From Macrostomum hystrix (lineage: Eukaryota > Animalia > Platyhelminthes), in the NCBI GenBank assembly GCA_950097015.1, contig CATNEN010000003.1, positions 6,820,001 through 6,884,000 on the forward strand: DNA of 64,000 nucleotides. Direction: 5' to 3'. The notes beneath the pieces were generated by a model, which saw only the letters and a program-made list of their open reading frames with translations, made no database searches and was not told the origin of the DNA. The position numbers were made by a program, and so were the translations under genes. Positions 12,551-26,800 of this stretch are shown here, piece by piece (within the stretch, counting starts at the first letter, position 1; each line of letters starts with the position of its first letter).

Positions 12551-13638
12551 AAGACATCTTCTGAAACAAGACACAGGTCACCAGATGTTCAGACTGTCGA
12601 GATATTCAATGATTCTGGCTGAAGGTTGAAGTTTTCCCATAAGCGCTAGTGTATTTCATACACCCCTATACACGAATTAGCACTGTGTAGGTAGTCAAAG
12701 GCGTTAAATAATTAAACAATATAAAAAAGTTGTGGCTCTATTTTAGTTTCAAAACAGACAATCAATATTGAGCGGTCAAGTAGCTACTGTGCTCAGCAAT
12801 TGATGCGAAAGGCTGACCACTATTATTATTTATTATACTAATAACTAAAGAGAAGCTAATTAAGTTTTTACAAGCCTTAAATTTTAAACAGACAGGTTTT
12901 ACAACACCACAACTTTTAAATACGGCACATTAAAGAACAAATAAAACCTTAAATAAAGCAGGAAATTTGCTGTACAAAATGGAAAAAAATCTACCTTCTT
13001 ACTCGTAGTAATGTAGTAATTACTCTTCTTACTCACGGGTGTCATTCGAAAATTTGGATTAAAATAAAACCTGTTAAATAAAACAAATTAGCTTTTGTTA
13101 GAACCGAGTTGCATTTAAAATACCTGAGATTTTATTACAAAACAAAGTAATAAAATTTTTGCTAAAAGAAAGGGTTTTAAAAGTAAGCGGTATCCTACAG
13201 GAAATTACCGAAGACGGTTATAAAAAAATTGAGTCACCTGAATCCTGTAATGAAAATCAAACATAATGAGTCTGTTTAACCTGAGAGGTCAGTTGTTAAT
13301 GAAACGAAAAAATATATAAACGCACTCATAACAGACAGCACAGGGACAATTGTCTATGGCAAATTGTGCGACGCAAAACTCTTAGCAATTGCTCTGGAAA
13401 TCTTGCGAATTATATTCCTAAATATAACAAAAACTCAAACTATGTTACTGAATTCTAGATCAGTAGAGTAGTAAGCGTTGCGTTGTTTGGAAATCTGGAA
13501 GTAAAAATAAGAATATATAGAAGACTGCTAGGCGTGCTGACTCATTCTATCAGCTTGGGTATGTAAGACTGGGTGTGCCTGCAGACTGTTATTGAGGCCG
13601 AATGGCAGTTTTATCCCAACGATTTTATGGAAACATAA

Positions 13639-14091
13639 TTCCAATTCTAGCAGCTGGAATCCCAATTCTAGGAGCTGGAATCCCAATTCTAGCAGCTGGA
13701 ATCCCAAGTCTAGGAGCTGGAATCCCAATTCTAGGAGCTGGAATCCCAATTCTAGGAGCTGGAATCCCAATTCTAGGAGCTGGAATCCCAATTCTAGGAG
13801 CTGGAATCCCAATTCTAGGAGCTGGAATCCCAATTCTAGGAGCTGGAATCCCAATTCTAGGAGCTGGAATCCCAATTCTAGGAGCTGGAATCCCAATTCT
13901 AGGAGCTGGAATCCCAATTCTAGGAGCTGGAATCCCAATTCTAGGAGCTGGAATCCCAATTCTAGGAGCTGGAATCCCAATTCTAGGAGCTGGAATCCCA
14001 ATTCTAGCAGCTGGAATCCCAATTCTAGGAGTTGGAATCCCAATTCTAGGAGCTGGAATCCCAATTCTAGGAGTTGAAATCCCAATTCTAG
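13639..14091. repeat. 21-bp minisatellite (CCCAATTCTAGGAGCTGGAAT)
   Basis: About 21 units just 3' of the bZIP stop. Confidence 0.97.
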
Positions 14092-14266
14092 AGTCGCAAT
14101 AGCATAGCTGGAATTCTAAATCCTAACTCTAGGAATTCTAGGAAATTTGTATTCTAAGAACTCGAGGATCTCAATATTAAATCCATGTTCTAGGTACTTC
14201 AATCCATAACTGTAGGGGGATTTTTAAGCATCGAACATAATAAAGGAGAAATCCCAACCCGAGGAT

Positions 14267-15394
14267 TCACCGCAGTCCGGAGTGTTTTCGAAGCAGCTCT
14301 CTAAGAGAGTTGGCTTCCTCCCTCAGCGAAGCCATCTGGGCCTTCAACACAGCGTTCTCCTTCTCTAGGAAGCTGGCCCTGACCGCAATCTCGTCCTCTC
14401 GGTGCTTGCGGGCGTCGCGCGACTTCTTGGCTGCCTCGTTGTTTCGCTTGCGTCGCTCGAAGTACTTGTTGTCCTTCTGGCTGTCCGGCACTGGGCGCTT
14501 GTCGGGGCGAGACTGTGAGCCAGCGACTGGCGGTGAGCAGCTGCTGCTCTTGCTGCTGCAACTCGCGCCGCTGCTGTTGGTTATCGTTCTGGCGTGGCTG
14601 TGCTGCTGATGCTGATGCTGCTGTGACGGCAGTTGTGGTAGCGGAGGCGGCAGGTGTGACGGAGGAGGCGGTGGCGGCGGCGGCGGCGGCAGCGGAAGGT
14701 TGAGCTGAGCTGGTTGTTGCAGAGTCGACTGTCCGAGACTCTTTGAAACAGCGCCGCCAGCGGATGCTGTGGACAAATGATAGCCAGTGGTCGAGGACAC
14801 GCCTGAGAGACCATCGCCAAGCGGCTGGTGACAGAGCGGCAGATAGGAACCGAACGGCTGTTTCAGCTGGTGATGCTGCTCCAGCATGGCTGCCGTTTGA
14901 TGAGGCATCGATTGCGAAGGCGGAGACTGCAGGTGCTGATGCTGAAGAGCATGCGAATGATTAGTGTGATGCTGCCGGGCATTGCCAGCCGAGTCGTACA
15001 TCATAGGCTGCATGTAGTGTTGTTGTTGTTGCTGCTGTTGCTGCTGCTGCGGATGCTGAAGATGATGCTGATGCGGATGCAGCGGTGTCGGTGACTGGAT
15101 GCTGTAGTCCTGAAATGCAGAACTCAGCATGGATGACTGCAGCTGATGATCATGATGGTGCTGCACTGTGGTCCCGTCGCCATTCCAACTGCTGTTCAGG
15201 TAGCAAGACGCAGTAGCATTGACGTTCAGGTCGGTGTTTAGGTGTCCTGGATTGTACCGGCCCATCAGGCTTCCACAGTAGCCACCCGCGTTGGCAGGCG
15301 GTGACGAGCAGTCTAAGTCTAGCAGATCCTTCTTCACTGCGTTGGCTGTTGAACCAGCCGACGATGAGGTTGGCGTCAGCTTGCTGGTATCCAT
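14267..15394 (-). CDS. PAR-family bZIP transcription factor (HLF/TEF/giant/ces-2-like), 375 aa
   Basis: C-terminal [49 protein letters not shown] plus leucine zipper; Q/H/P-rich N-terminus; single coding exon. Confidence 0.93.
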   Translation of the reverse strand: MDTSKLTPTSSSAGSTANAVKKDLLDLDCSSPPANAGGYCGSLMGRYNPGHLNTDLNVNATASCYLNSSWNGDGTTVQHHHDHQLQSSMLSSAFQDYSIQSPTPLHPHQHHLQHPQQQQQQQQQQHYMQPMMYDSAGNARQHHTNHSHALQHQHLQSPPSQSMPHQTAAMLEQHHQLKQPFGSYLPLCHQPLGDGLSGVSSTTGYHLSTASAGGAVSKSLGQSTLQQPAQLNLPLPPPPPPPPPPSHLPPPLPQLPSQQHQHQQHSHARTITNSSGASCSSKSSSCSPPVAGSQSRPDKRPVPDSQKDNKYFERRKRNNEAAKKSRDARKHREDEIAVRASFLEKENAVLKAQMASLREEANSLRELLRKHSGLR

Positions 15395-15570
15395 GGCAAC
15401 GAATAACTATAGGACGGGCTGCTGTTGCTCAGAGGACTGCAAGCTGTTAAATTTGAGAACAAATAATTGGGAAACATATTTGACTTGTGTGTGGAAACTA
15501 AGGATGAGATTATGTGCCAGAAATAAGAAGGCCCTTTAACTTCTTGTAGCTGGCATGAAGGGAACACTTA

Positions 15571-16123
15571 TATTTATACACAGCTGTAGGTGAGGAGGCT
15601 GTCTCAGAGTCCATAACAAACGTTTGTCTAACTGGTATCGTTGTTTGTTACGTAAGTCAAGTCTCTGGTCCCCAGATGATGCCTATTGCCCATATATATA
15701 TTATATAATTTCTTAGGCCGATCGAGTTCAGCAAACGCGGTTCTAAGAATGGAAAATGAATGAATAAATGAAACGAAAGGTTGCATAACTCACACACACA
15801 CACAGCGAACACATCACAGCACAAACCAAGGACGACTGGGAGACAAGGCAAGGTGGATCATTTTGGTTCCTCGCCTGGTGCTTTAGGGGGGCCTTGCTCC
15901 GGTTCGCGATGACGTAACTATCGCCTATAACTTTTTAGGAGTCGCCAATATTCTAGACACAGACGCAGACTAAACGCATGCATGCAGTTATGACGCAATC
16001 GGGCCACGAAAACTATAAAGATGGAGGTGTGTGTGTGTCAGAAATGCTGAGCTTTTCGAAACACAATCACCTATATAATAGTGAGAAGGGCCGGGCTGGG
16101 GAACTCTTGATTTGTTACGCAAT
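15571..16123 (-). promoter_or_regulatory. bZIP gene promoter: TATA box plus cluster of PAR/CEBP/CRE-type sites
   Basis: TATAAATA (minus) at 15571-15578; TTACGTAA 15648-15655; GTTGCATAAC 15780; ATGACGTAAC 15909; ATGACGCAAT 15990; GTTACGCAAT 16114. Confidence 0.6.
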
Positions 16124-17872
16124 TCCTGCCCCTGTTCTTCTTCTTACCTCTGCTCTTCGTGGTTTAATAGCGCAGGTAGACGGAATTTTGCCTAAATAAG
16201 TCGACTAGTTGTAGCGAATGCATTTTAGAGTATATGCAACAATATTTATTATTGTTTTAGACTTTGCCTATAATGTTAGATATTCCTCACTCATAATTTT
16301 TCCAGTCAGCCGCTGTGCAGACAGAGATATACGGCGATGCCAACGCCGAGGAATGGGGAGAAAGAGAGAGAGAGAGAAAGGGAGCTCTCTCTCTCTCCAA
16401 TAGTCTGGCGTGGGGGAGCTATGAATGCATGTTCGCGGGCTTCAGCCGCAGACCGCTAAAAAGCAGTGAGGGAGGCTAGAACTAAAGGAAGGACACCACC
16501 CATACTACTGTAGGAGGGAGGGCCCACGGGCCTAGCAGACAGGCAGGCACAAGTGTGTGAGTGTGTGTGTGTGGGCAGAATAGAGGCGACGCATTGAGCG
16601 AGAGACGTCGGTCGGGAAAGGGGGGTCATGGGCGGAGGATGGGGTGGTTTGGCCAGACAGCGCCCACCCCGCCTCAGCCGGGCACGGTGGCTGGTAGTCA
16701 ATTATTGAAGGGTTTTGGGGGTTTGTCTATGGGGTGGGGGTTGGAACGGGGTAGGGCGGAAGGAGAGGACTGGGGTCGCAGCTTAGACAGAGCGAGGCGA
16801 GGGGTGGTGGGCGCGCTTTGACCGAGTCTGGTTGAGAGAGGGTGAGAGGACCTGAGAGGAGCGGCAGGCGGGCCGATTGCGCAACACTGGTGTTAGTCAG
16901 CCTAGGGAAGAGACTTGCCAGTTGCAATCTGTAAACATTTTGCGTTATTTTTAAAGACTAATACGACGTGCATGTATTAGTCTCGAAATATCCAATCATT
17001 ACGTCTATAATAAATGATTACTCGATTTCGTTAACTATTTTTTTTGTCTTTATAAGCCTTTATATTGTAACTAATTGATGACTTCGTGTCGCATATTTGC
17101 ATATCAGAAAAAGTAACGAAAAAATCTCTGAGACCTGAACACAATTATTTCTCAATGGTGACGAAGCCCATCTTTAGAAACTAATGAAAAAATGCGTGCT
17201 GCACAGTAGTCTATGCAGCAATTTACTTTTGTTTTGTCTATTTATGTTGAAACTTCGTAAAAAACACGCACCGGTGTTCTATAAATTAATTATTGATCAA
17301 AAAGAGCATAGTTAATTATACAAACAGTTGATAAACATTAATAACAACAGATAACAATGTTGCCGATGCACATCGTCTGTTACAAAATAAGTAGGCGAAG
17401 ATACAATAGCAGTAAAGAGCAGTAAAGAACAACAAGCAAAGAGAGACAAATTCATACTAATTTTCTTTTATAATAACGAAGTTGGAATAGTTAAATTAGC
17501 ATTGTTAGAAAAAACGTTACTGACCTACACGAGAGCAGATTTTTTAATTTAAATTTTTGTTTCGAATAACTATCCTGAAGTTACCGAGGTTTATACTAGA
17601 AGGTTATTTTTAAGAAGACAAAAATTACAAAAAAATTCATCCAGCCGAACAGAGAAACCAAACTGTCAGTAATTCGCTTAGAAACGAAATACAGAAAATA
17701 CAGTATTTAAACATTATTTTGGCTGCCAAAAAGCATGTGATTAAGAAAAACAAATAATAAAAAACATACCAAACAAGCCACTACTGATGACTCGTGATGC
17801 AAATTTAAAACAAAAGCATTTTTATTTAAGGAGTGTCTTTATGCTATATTTCATGAAAAAAGAATTCAAAGT

Positions 17873-20800
17873 TTATTTTCCGCGCATGTAGCCGCCACGG
17901 TCGCGCCTGCCCCCGGGTCTAGCGCCGTAGGTACTCCTTGGCAGGTGCATCTGTTGGGACATCATCTGCAGTTGCATGCTGTGCATGTGATGCTGCTGCT
18001 GATGCATCTGTGGATGCAGATGAAGCGGATGGCCAAAGCCGACGAGGCTGAAGCCACTAGATGCCTGGTCAAGGCCGCCCTCAGCAATGAGCTGCTGCTG
18101 CTGCTGCTGTTGATCAACATTCTCCGACAGCTTTTCAAAATCGTCGACGTGCATTGAAGGCGGCCTGGAGGTGTTCGGCGGGCGGGAACGGAAAGCGTCG
18201 TTGACACCGCCAAGGCCACCGCCGCCAAGGCCTCCTCCTCCGCCTCCGCCGCCGCCACCGCCGCCACCGCCGCTAAATCCGGCGCGAAGGCTGAAGCCGC
18301 GACCGCGCATAGGTGCAACAAAGCGACGCTGCTGACTGGTCTCGATGATGGCGTCGTGACCCTGACGGCGCTGCTTATGCCGGACGGCTTCGTCGTCTGA
18401 AGGCTGGCCGCAGCCGCCGCGTTCCAGCTCCTCAGCCAGGTTTAGACTGGGACAAGTGGACCTGCATGACAAATCATTTTTCGATATATCCAAGTCGGAT
18501 AACTTTATATTGCGTTTTAAAGGCATCGCGTTTCCATTCTTACGTACGACATACTTTCACAAGCATGTTGCAAAACGAAATTTAAAGGTTTCCGATACAA
18601 ATTGGCTCAATAAACTAAATAACTATGACAATGACAGCATCATATTTTTACATTTTTCGATACATATAGGTGAAAAAGTGAAACAAAACAAACCTGGCCA
18701 ACTCTTCCAGATCGCATCGCAGCATCTCTGGCTCCAACTCTGATTCGTCCGGCGCGGCCAATCCGAACCAATAATCCGACTGGAGTCGCTCTTCAGCTTC
18801 AGCTTGATTCACTCCGGCGCTTGTTGTGAAGACGGCACGCTGTTGAAACACAACGGCCAACGGTTGCGGCTCGGGCAGTTCAGGCGGCCGAGTGACAGCC
18901 GGCTCACCGTCTGGCGCCTGTTCCAGCATCTGGATGAGGCTCTCCATACTCTCTAGCAGGCCTTCCAAAGTGTTCTCCTCCTTGGCGTATTCGCAGAGCA
19001 GGTTATGCAACTCGTACACAGTGTGGCGGTCCTGCTGGTTGCCATTGTCCGGTCGCCAGTCGAGCATGGCCTTCACTTCGCCGACTGTGACAGCCTGACT
19101 GCGCAGAGGCATTGATTCGCCCTCCAGAGTTTCCGTGGTGATCAGAGCTCGCAGCAACTCCAGGGTAGTTAGCAGAGTGTTAAGACAATCAGGATTGTCC
19201 TTACTAAACGTGGTATTGACGCGACGCATCAGGTTTAGAAATACTTCGCTAGAGGCGGCAACGCATCTGCAGGTTGGTTTGAAAAAAGAGGAAAATTACG
19301 TGCACTGTCTACTTTCAGTGGTTAAAAAGTGCTAAACAATTTCTCGTCAAAAAAATCTTATTATATCCTTAATAGTCTACTAGTAAGTAGCAATAATAGA
19401 AAAAGCACAGCTTACTGTTTAACCAGACAGAAACCAGCGTCGTGTTCAGTCTGCAGCACCAAGACCTTCAGGCACAGGTGCACAGTAGCCAATTCGCTAC
19501 CTGGCTCTTTGACGTGCCGAAATACGGCCTCAGTAGCGGAGGCCAGCTGATCTCCTGGCGGTATACAATTAGCCAGAGTCTGTAAGGTGACTCTCTGCCT
19601 GCCAGATTTAGTCAGCGGCATCTCCAGTGCAATGTCCGGATCCAATAGGGACACCAGACAGCCAATTAGCTGCTCCTGGCAGCGCAGAGTCTGATCCGTA
19701 ACTAGACGAGCCGACAGCAGGCGCTGAGGGACATATTGGGATTGTTGCCATGCTAACAAATTAATGCTTGAAAATATAGGCATAACTAGGCATGTTAATA
19801 TGAGTAAATTATACTTGGTATGTTTAAACCAACTGAATCTATAATTAGCCCCAACTGAATCTATAATTAGCCTCAAACTGAATCTATAATTAGCCTCAAA
19901 ATGAATCTATAATTAGCCTCAAACTGAATCTATAACTAGCCCCAACTGAATCTATAATTAGCCTCAAACTGAATCTATAACTAGCCCCAACTGAATCTAT
20001 AATTAGCCTCAAACTGAATCTATAATTAGCCTCAAAATGAATCTATAATTAGCCTCAAACTGAATCTATAACTAGCCTCAAACTGAATCTATAATTAGCC
20101 TCAAACTGAATCTATAATTAGCCTCAAACTGAATCTATAACTAGCCTCAAACTGAATCTATAATTAGCCTCAAACTGAATCTATAATTAGCCTCAAACTG
20201 AATCTATAATTAGCCCCAACTGAATCTATAATTAGCCTCAAACTGAATCTATAATTAGCCTCAAACTGAATCTATATTGAGCCTCAAACTGAATCTATAA
20301 TTAGCCTCAAACTGAATCTATAATTAGCCTCAAACTGAATCTATAACTAGCCTCAAACTGAATCTATAATTAGCCCCAACTGAATCTATAATTAGCCTCA
20401 AACTGAATCTATAATTAGCCTCAAACTGAATCTATAACTAGCCTCAAACTGAATCTATAATTAGCCTCAAACTGAATCTATAACTAGCCTCAAACTGAAT
20501 CTATAATTAGCCCCAACTGAATCTATAATTAGCCTCAAACTGAATCTATAACTAGCCTCAAACTGAATCTATAACTAGCCTCAAACTGAATCTATAATTA
20601 GCCTCAAACTGAATCTATAATTAGCCCCAACTGAATCTATAATTAGCATCAAACTGAATCTATAATTAGCCTCAAACTGAATCTATAATTAGCCTCAAAC
20701 TGAATCTATAATTAGCCTCAAACTGAATCTATAATTAGATTGGCGTGAAACTAAACATAGTGAATTTTAATTGCAGTCCCTGAAACACAAGCCTTGTTTC

Positions 20801-23800
20801 AAACCTTGGCAATAATATAGAAATCTCTAGCGCAGAGGCTGGCAGTCTGTCCAGATGCGTTGTTAGCAGCAAACACGGACGTCTGCGGCGGGGGAGGTTC
20901 CATAGCTAGGCGAAGAAACGCCAGCTTGACAGAAGCTACTGACAGTAGGATGTTAAGCGCGTTTAGAGCGCGAGTTATTTCGCCAGCATCCGGTTGGGGA
21001 TCTTTAGCGGCAGGTTCAGCCAATAGCGGCTGCACTTGTAGGGATCCGTTGCTGCCTAGCAACGACTGATGTTGGGCCCTTGACGACTGCTGCGGATCAT
21101 CCTGATTAGAGGACTGATCTCCACCAGACTGCAGAACAATTATTTAGAATCGAAAAAATTATAAAAGCTGGCGACAATAAATACTTAGCTACTTACTACC
21201 TGTGTACACCTGCCTGTACCTAGCTACCTGTGTACACCTGCCTGTACCTAGCTACCTGTGTACACCTACCTGTTTGTACCTAGCTACATGTGCACACCTA
21301 CCTGCCTGTACCTAGCTACCTGTGTACACCTACCTGTTTGTACCTAGCTACCTGTGTACACCTACCTGTCTGTACCTAGCTACATGTGTACACCTACCTG
21401 TCCGTACCTAGCTACATGTGTACACCTACCTGTCTGTACCTAGCAACCTGTGTACACCTACCTGTCTGTACCTAGCAACCTGTGTACACCTACCTGTCTG
21501 TACCTAGCTACCTGTGTACACCTACCTGTCTGTACCTAGCTACCTGTGTAAACCGATCTGTGCCTAGCTACACAGCTACATATCTACCTATCTACCTGTT
21601 TACCTAGCTACACAGCTACCTATCTATCCTTTTAGCTAGCTAGCTAGCTACCTATTTATCTACTTTTTTACCTAGCTACCCAGCTAACAATCTACCTTTT
21701 TTCCTAGCTACCCAGCTAACAATCTACATTTTTTCCTAGCTACACAGCTACCTATCTATCTATCTACCTTTTTACTTAGCTACGCAGCTACCAATCTACC
21801 TATCTACCTATATACAATTTTAACTTGCTACCAATCTACCTAGGTACCAATCTCTCGCCAGTTCACCTCGGCAACTCACCTCAGAATGAGCCCGGCGAGC
21901 CTCCCAGGTGGTCAGCAGCTTATCGTAAGGCTCCCAGGCGTCCAGCAGGCACCTGACGCCCAGTTCAGCCAGCATTGTCGCTGCCGGAGCCGACAAGTCT
22001 CCAATCTGAGAAGCGACTCTACGCAACACCTGACTCACAAACGGATTAGTTGAACCGCCAATGAGACGCAACAGGTTGCCAGTCTGCTGAGATAGGCACA
22101 GCATGTGAGCGCTGGCAAGCTTGCGAAGATTCACACAGGCGGTGAGCTCGGACTCTGTCACCTGTTTAGGATTTGCACAGCTAGGTATTAGCTTGATTTA
22201 CTTGAGACTATGGACAATAACCGCTGGGTCACTAGGGAAGGCCATTTATCACACCCTACAAATACTGACTCAGATATCACACCCTACAAACACTGACTCA
22301 GATATCACACCCTACAAACACTGACTCAGATATCACACCCTACAAACACTGACTCAGATATCACACCCTACAAACACTGACTCAGATATCACACCCTACA
22401 AACACTGACTCAGATATCACACCCTACAAAGTACTATTACTTTAGCTAGGTCAGTACTATTACTTTAGCTAGGTCAGTACTATTACTTTAGCTAGGTCAG
22501 TACTATTACTCTAGCTGGGTCAGTACTATTACTCTAGCTAGGTCAGTACTATTACTCTAGCTGGGTCAGTACTATTACTCTAGCTAGGTCAGTACTATTA
22601 CTCTAGCTAGGTCAGTACTATTACTCTAGCTAGGTCAGTACTATTACTTTAGCTAGGTCAGTACTATTACTCTAGCTAGGTCAGTACTATTACTCTAGCT
22701 GGGTCAGTACTATTACTCTAGCTAGGTCAGTACTATTACTCTAGCTGGGTCAGTACTATTACTCTAGCTAGGTCAGTACTATTACTTTAGCTAGGTCAGT
22801 ACTATTACTCTAGCTAGGTCAGTACTATTACTCTAGCTAGGTCAGTACTATTACTCTAGCTAGGTCAGTACTATTACTTTAGCTAGGTCAGTACTATTAC
22901 TCTAGCTAGGTCAGTACTATTACTCTAGCTGGGTCAGTACTATTACTCTAGCTAGGTCAGTACTATTACTCTAGCTGGGTCAGTACTATTACTCTAGCTA
23001 GGTCAGTACTATTACTTTAGCTAGGTCAGTACTATTACTCTAGCTAGGTCAGTACTATTACTTTAGCTAGGTCAGTACTATTACTTTAGCTAGGTCAGTA
23101 CTATTACTCTAGCTAGGTCAGTACTATTACTTTAGCTAGGTCAGTACTATTACTTTAGCTAGGTCAGTACTATTACTTTAGCTAGGTCAGTACTATTACT
23201 CTAGCTAGGTCAGTACTATTACTTTAGCTAGGTCAGTACTATTACTTTAGCTAGGTCAGTACTATTACTCTAGCTAGGTCAGTACTATTACTCTAGCTAG
23301 GTCAGTACTATTACTCTAGCTGGGTCAGTACTATTACTCTAGCTAGGTCAGTACTATTACTCTAGCTGGGTCAGTACTATTACTCTAGCTAGGTCAGTAC
23401 TATTACTTTAGCTAGGTCAGTACTATTACTCTAGCTAGGTCAGTACTATTACTCTAGCTAGGTCAGTACTATTACTTTAGCTAGGTCAGTACTATTACTC
23501 TAGCTAGGTCAGTACTATTACTCTAGCTGGGTCAGTACTATTACTCTAGCTAGGTCAGTACTATTACTATAGCTGGGTCAGTACTATTACTCTAGCTAGG
23601 TCAGTACTATTACTTAAGCTAGGTCAGTACTATTACTCTAGCTAGGTCAGTACTATTACTTTAGCTAGGTCAGTACTATTACTTTAGCTAGGTCAGTACT
23701 ATTACTCTAGCTAGGTCAGGCCATAGACAATAGACTCACCTTAGAACCAGTTCTGATATAGATAGGCAGCGGTAGCGGCATCAATTCGCCCAGTATAGTC

Positions 23801-26800
23801 AGTCCGGCCAGGTAATAGCACGGAGCGGATACAGTCAGCTCAAGAACATGCTTCAAAGCTTTAGTCCATTGTGACTCGTCCAGTGCCCTCTCGTGGTCGC
23901 CGGCGGATGGTAGTGCAGTCTGGCTAAATGCCAGATAGCTGTCAATCACACCTGTGTGTATCTGGCCAATCACCTGGGCATAGAATAGTGGCAAATTGGC
24001 AGACGGAAAACTGCACACAACTGCAAACGCACGGAACAGGCAATCCAGCATAGTGTAGTTGCTGAATCTCGAGCCCATAGACTTGATCACACTCTGCAGC
24101 AATACGGCAATTGTTTGGACGGCCGGTTCCAAGGCTAGCAGCGATACTAGGAAATTGTCGTCTAAGAAGTCTGTACCTTGCTGCCAGGGCATTGTTAGCT
24201 GCGGGTGGAAATTGCGCAAAGAAGATTGTTGGGAGGGAGAAGGCGCAGCGAAGATTGTTGGGAGGGAGAGAAGGCGCAGAGAAGATATGCGGGGGGAGAG
24301 AAGGCGCAGAGAAGATATGCGGGGAGAGAAGGCGCAAAGAAGATATGCGGGGGGGAGAGAAGGCACAGAGAAGATATGCTGGGGGAGAAGGCGCAGAGAA
24401 TATATGCGGGGAGAGAAGGCGCAAAGAAGATATGCGGGGGGGAGAGAAGGCGCAAAGAAGATATGCGGGGGGGAGAGAAGGCACAGAGAAGATATGCTGG
24501 GGGAGAAGGCGCAGAGAAGATATGCTGGGGGAGAAGGCGCAGAGAAGATATCAGGGGGGAGAAGGCGCAGAGAAGATATCAGGGGAGAGAAGGCGCAGAG
24601 AAGATATGCGCGGAGAGAAGGCGCAGAGAAGATATCCTGGGGGAGAAGGCGCAGAGAAGTTTTGCGGGGCAGAAGGCACAGAGATTGTGGGGGAGGAGAA
24701 GGCTCAAAGAAGATTCTCTGGTGGACAAGGGGATCAGAAAGTTGAGGGGGAGAAGGCGCGGAGAATAAGAGGGAGAAGAGAGAAGAGAATATGCATAGAA
24801 GAGGAAAAGAGGGGAGAAGGGAAAGAAGCTGGGAAGAAAAGAGGAAAAAAGCGAGACGGAGAAAAAACAGAGAAAATGATAGATGGGAGACAAATGCTGA
24901 AGAACAGAGAGATACTCAGTGTTTAGTAAAGACACCAGCCAGAAACTCAGGTAAGCAAAAAATGGTAGCTCACCTGATCAACCAGCCGGGTGACGATTCG
25001 CACCAGCAGGTTGAGTCCGTCGGCGCTGACCAGCTCAGCCAGAGCGTACTGATATCGCAGCTCGGTGACGCGAGGCTCCAGAGCGTGCGGACACCACAGT
25101 CGAGGCGTCTCTCTGGCGCGAAACGAGCCGGGCGCAACAGCGAGGGTCTTTAGCAGGCGCAGAAGAGTCACGAGACCTGGCGGACAGTTTGAATGATCTA
25201 AGCAATCCGACCAGGTCTTCAGGCTGGCTAGCAGAGCTGGCAGCTGGTCCAGTGTGTACGGCGGCCTTGTTGCCTGAATGGTGTGAGATGGGTTGAGTAG
25301 AGATAGAGTAAGAGATTGATTGAGCAGAGATAGGGTGAGATTAATAGAGACAAGGTGAGATTAAATTGATTGAAGACAGGGTGACATTGAGTAGAGATTG
25401 TGGGATTGGGTAGATATAGGGTGAGATTGAGTAGATACGGGGTGAGATTGAGTAGATACGGGGTCAGATTGGGTAGAGATAGGGTGAGATTGAGTAGATA
25501 CGGGGTCAGATTGGGTAGAGATAGGGTGAGATTGAGTAGAGACTGGGTGAGATTGGGTAGAGACTGGGTGAGATTGGGTAGAGACTGGGTGAGATTGGGT
25601 AGAGACTGGGTGAGATTGGGTAGAGACTGGGTGAGATTGGGTAGAGACTGGGTGAGATTGGGTAGAGATTGGGTAGAGACTGGGTGAGATTGGGTAGAGA
25701 CTGGGTGAGATTGGGTAGAGACTGGGTGAGATTGGGTAGAGACAGGCTGAGATTGAGTAGAGACAGGCTGAGATTGAGTAAAGACAGGCTGAGATTGAGT
25801 AGAGACTGGCCGAGATTGAGTAGAGACAGGCTGAGATTGAGTAGAGACAGGCCTAAAGGATTTACAAACCTTCAACGGTGCTAGCCAATCAGCAAGCTCC
25901 GACAGTCGACCAGACTTGCCACCACCGCCACCGACTGCGCTGTTGCTGACAACACCGGAGCCCAGCTGCTGCTGCTGCTGAGTCGCAGCCAAATTGCCGG
26001 CTGGTTTTTTTCGTGCAACAGCGCCAGCCACCACAGCCAATAATCTTTCTCCGCAATTGGCAAATAATTTAACGAATTGGTCGCCATCGGCGTAGCGAAA
26101 ACAGGCGGCTAGAATGGCAAGACAATAGCTGCGACTGGCGCTCAGCAGCTTTCGCTGCTGCTGCTGTTGCTGAGCTCGCTGACGCTTAGCGGCCGTTGGA
26201 GCAGAATTTGCGTCTCCATTTTTATTAGCAAACATTTTATTATTAGTTTCTAGAAACGGCAGCAGCACTAGCATGCTCTCTTCTATTAGCAGCAATTCGG
26301 CTAGCCATCGACCAGCCTGTGGCGCGGAGGTCGACATCAGGTAGAGCTCGTGTAGGCTAGCCACAGCCTCACTGCATAGTTCCGCATCCAGAGCCTGCTG
26401 ATTGGCTGCTGAGCCAGTTGCTGTTCGAGCACCGGCCGAAGGTGAGGATGGCGAATTCGGGTTAGAATCGAGTTTATCAACAGCTTCAGCAGCAGCGGAC
26501 GCGGTGGCGTCCAATGACAATCGTTGCAGTTTGTGATGCACCAATAGGCGATCGATGTGGCCCACAGTGACCAGCTTGCAGGTTAGCTGCAGGCCCAGTG
26601 TGGACCATTCAGCCGGTACTGCTGTAGATTTATTGGCTCCGTAATCCTTGTCGTCGGCGTCGTCTGCGTCCTCCGGATCGGGATTCAGTTCCGGACTGAG
26701 TCGGTAGATGATAGCCTGGAAAGAATAATATCTGTTCTAGTAAGTCTTAATTTAAGGATATTTAATATTGCGGATTTGTTTACTAGTTTACTGGCGATGA

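Noticed and set aside
10259-12581. Long 758/771-aa ORFs, and similar ones at 1079, 2588, 4598, 13528, 24059, 47291 and 49832
   Set aside because: Translations of stop-free minisatellites.
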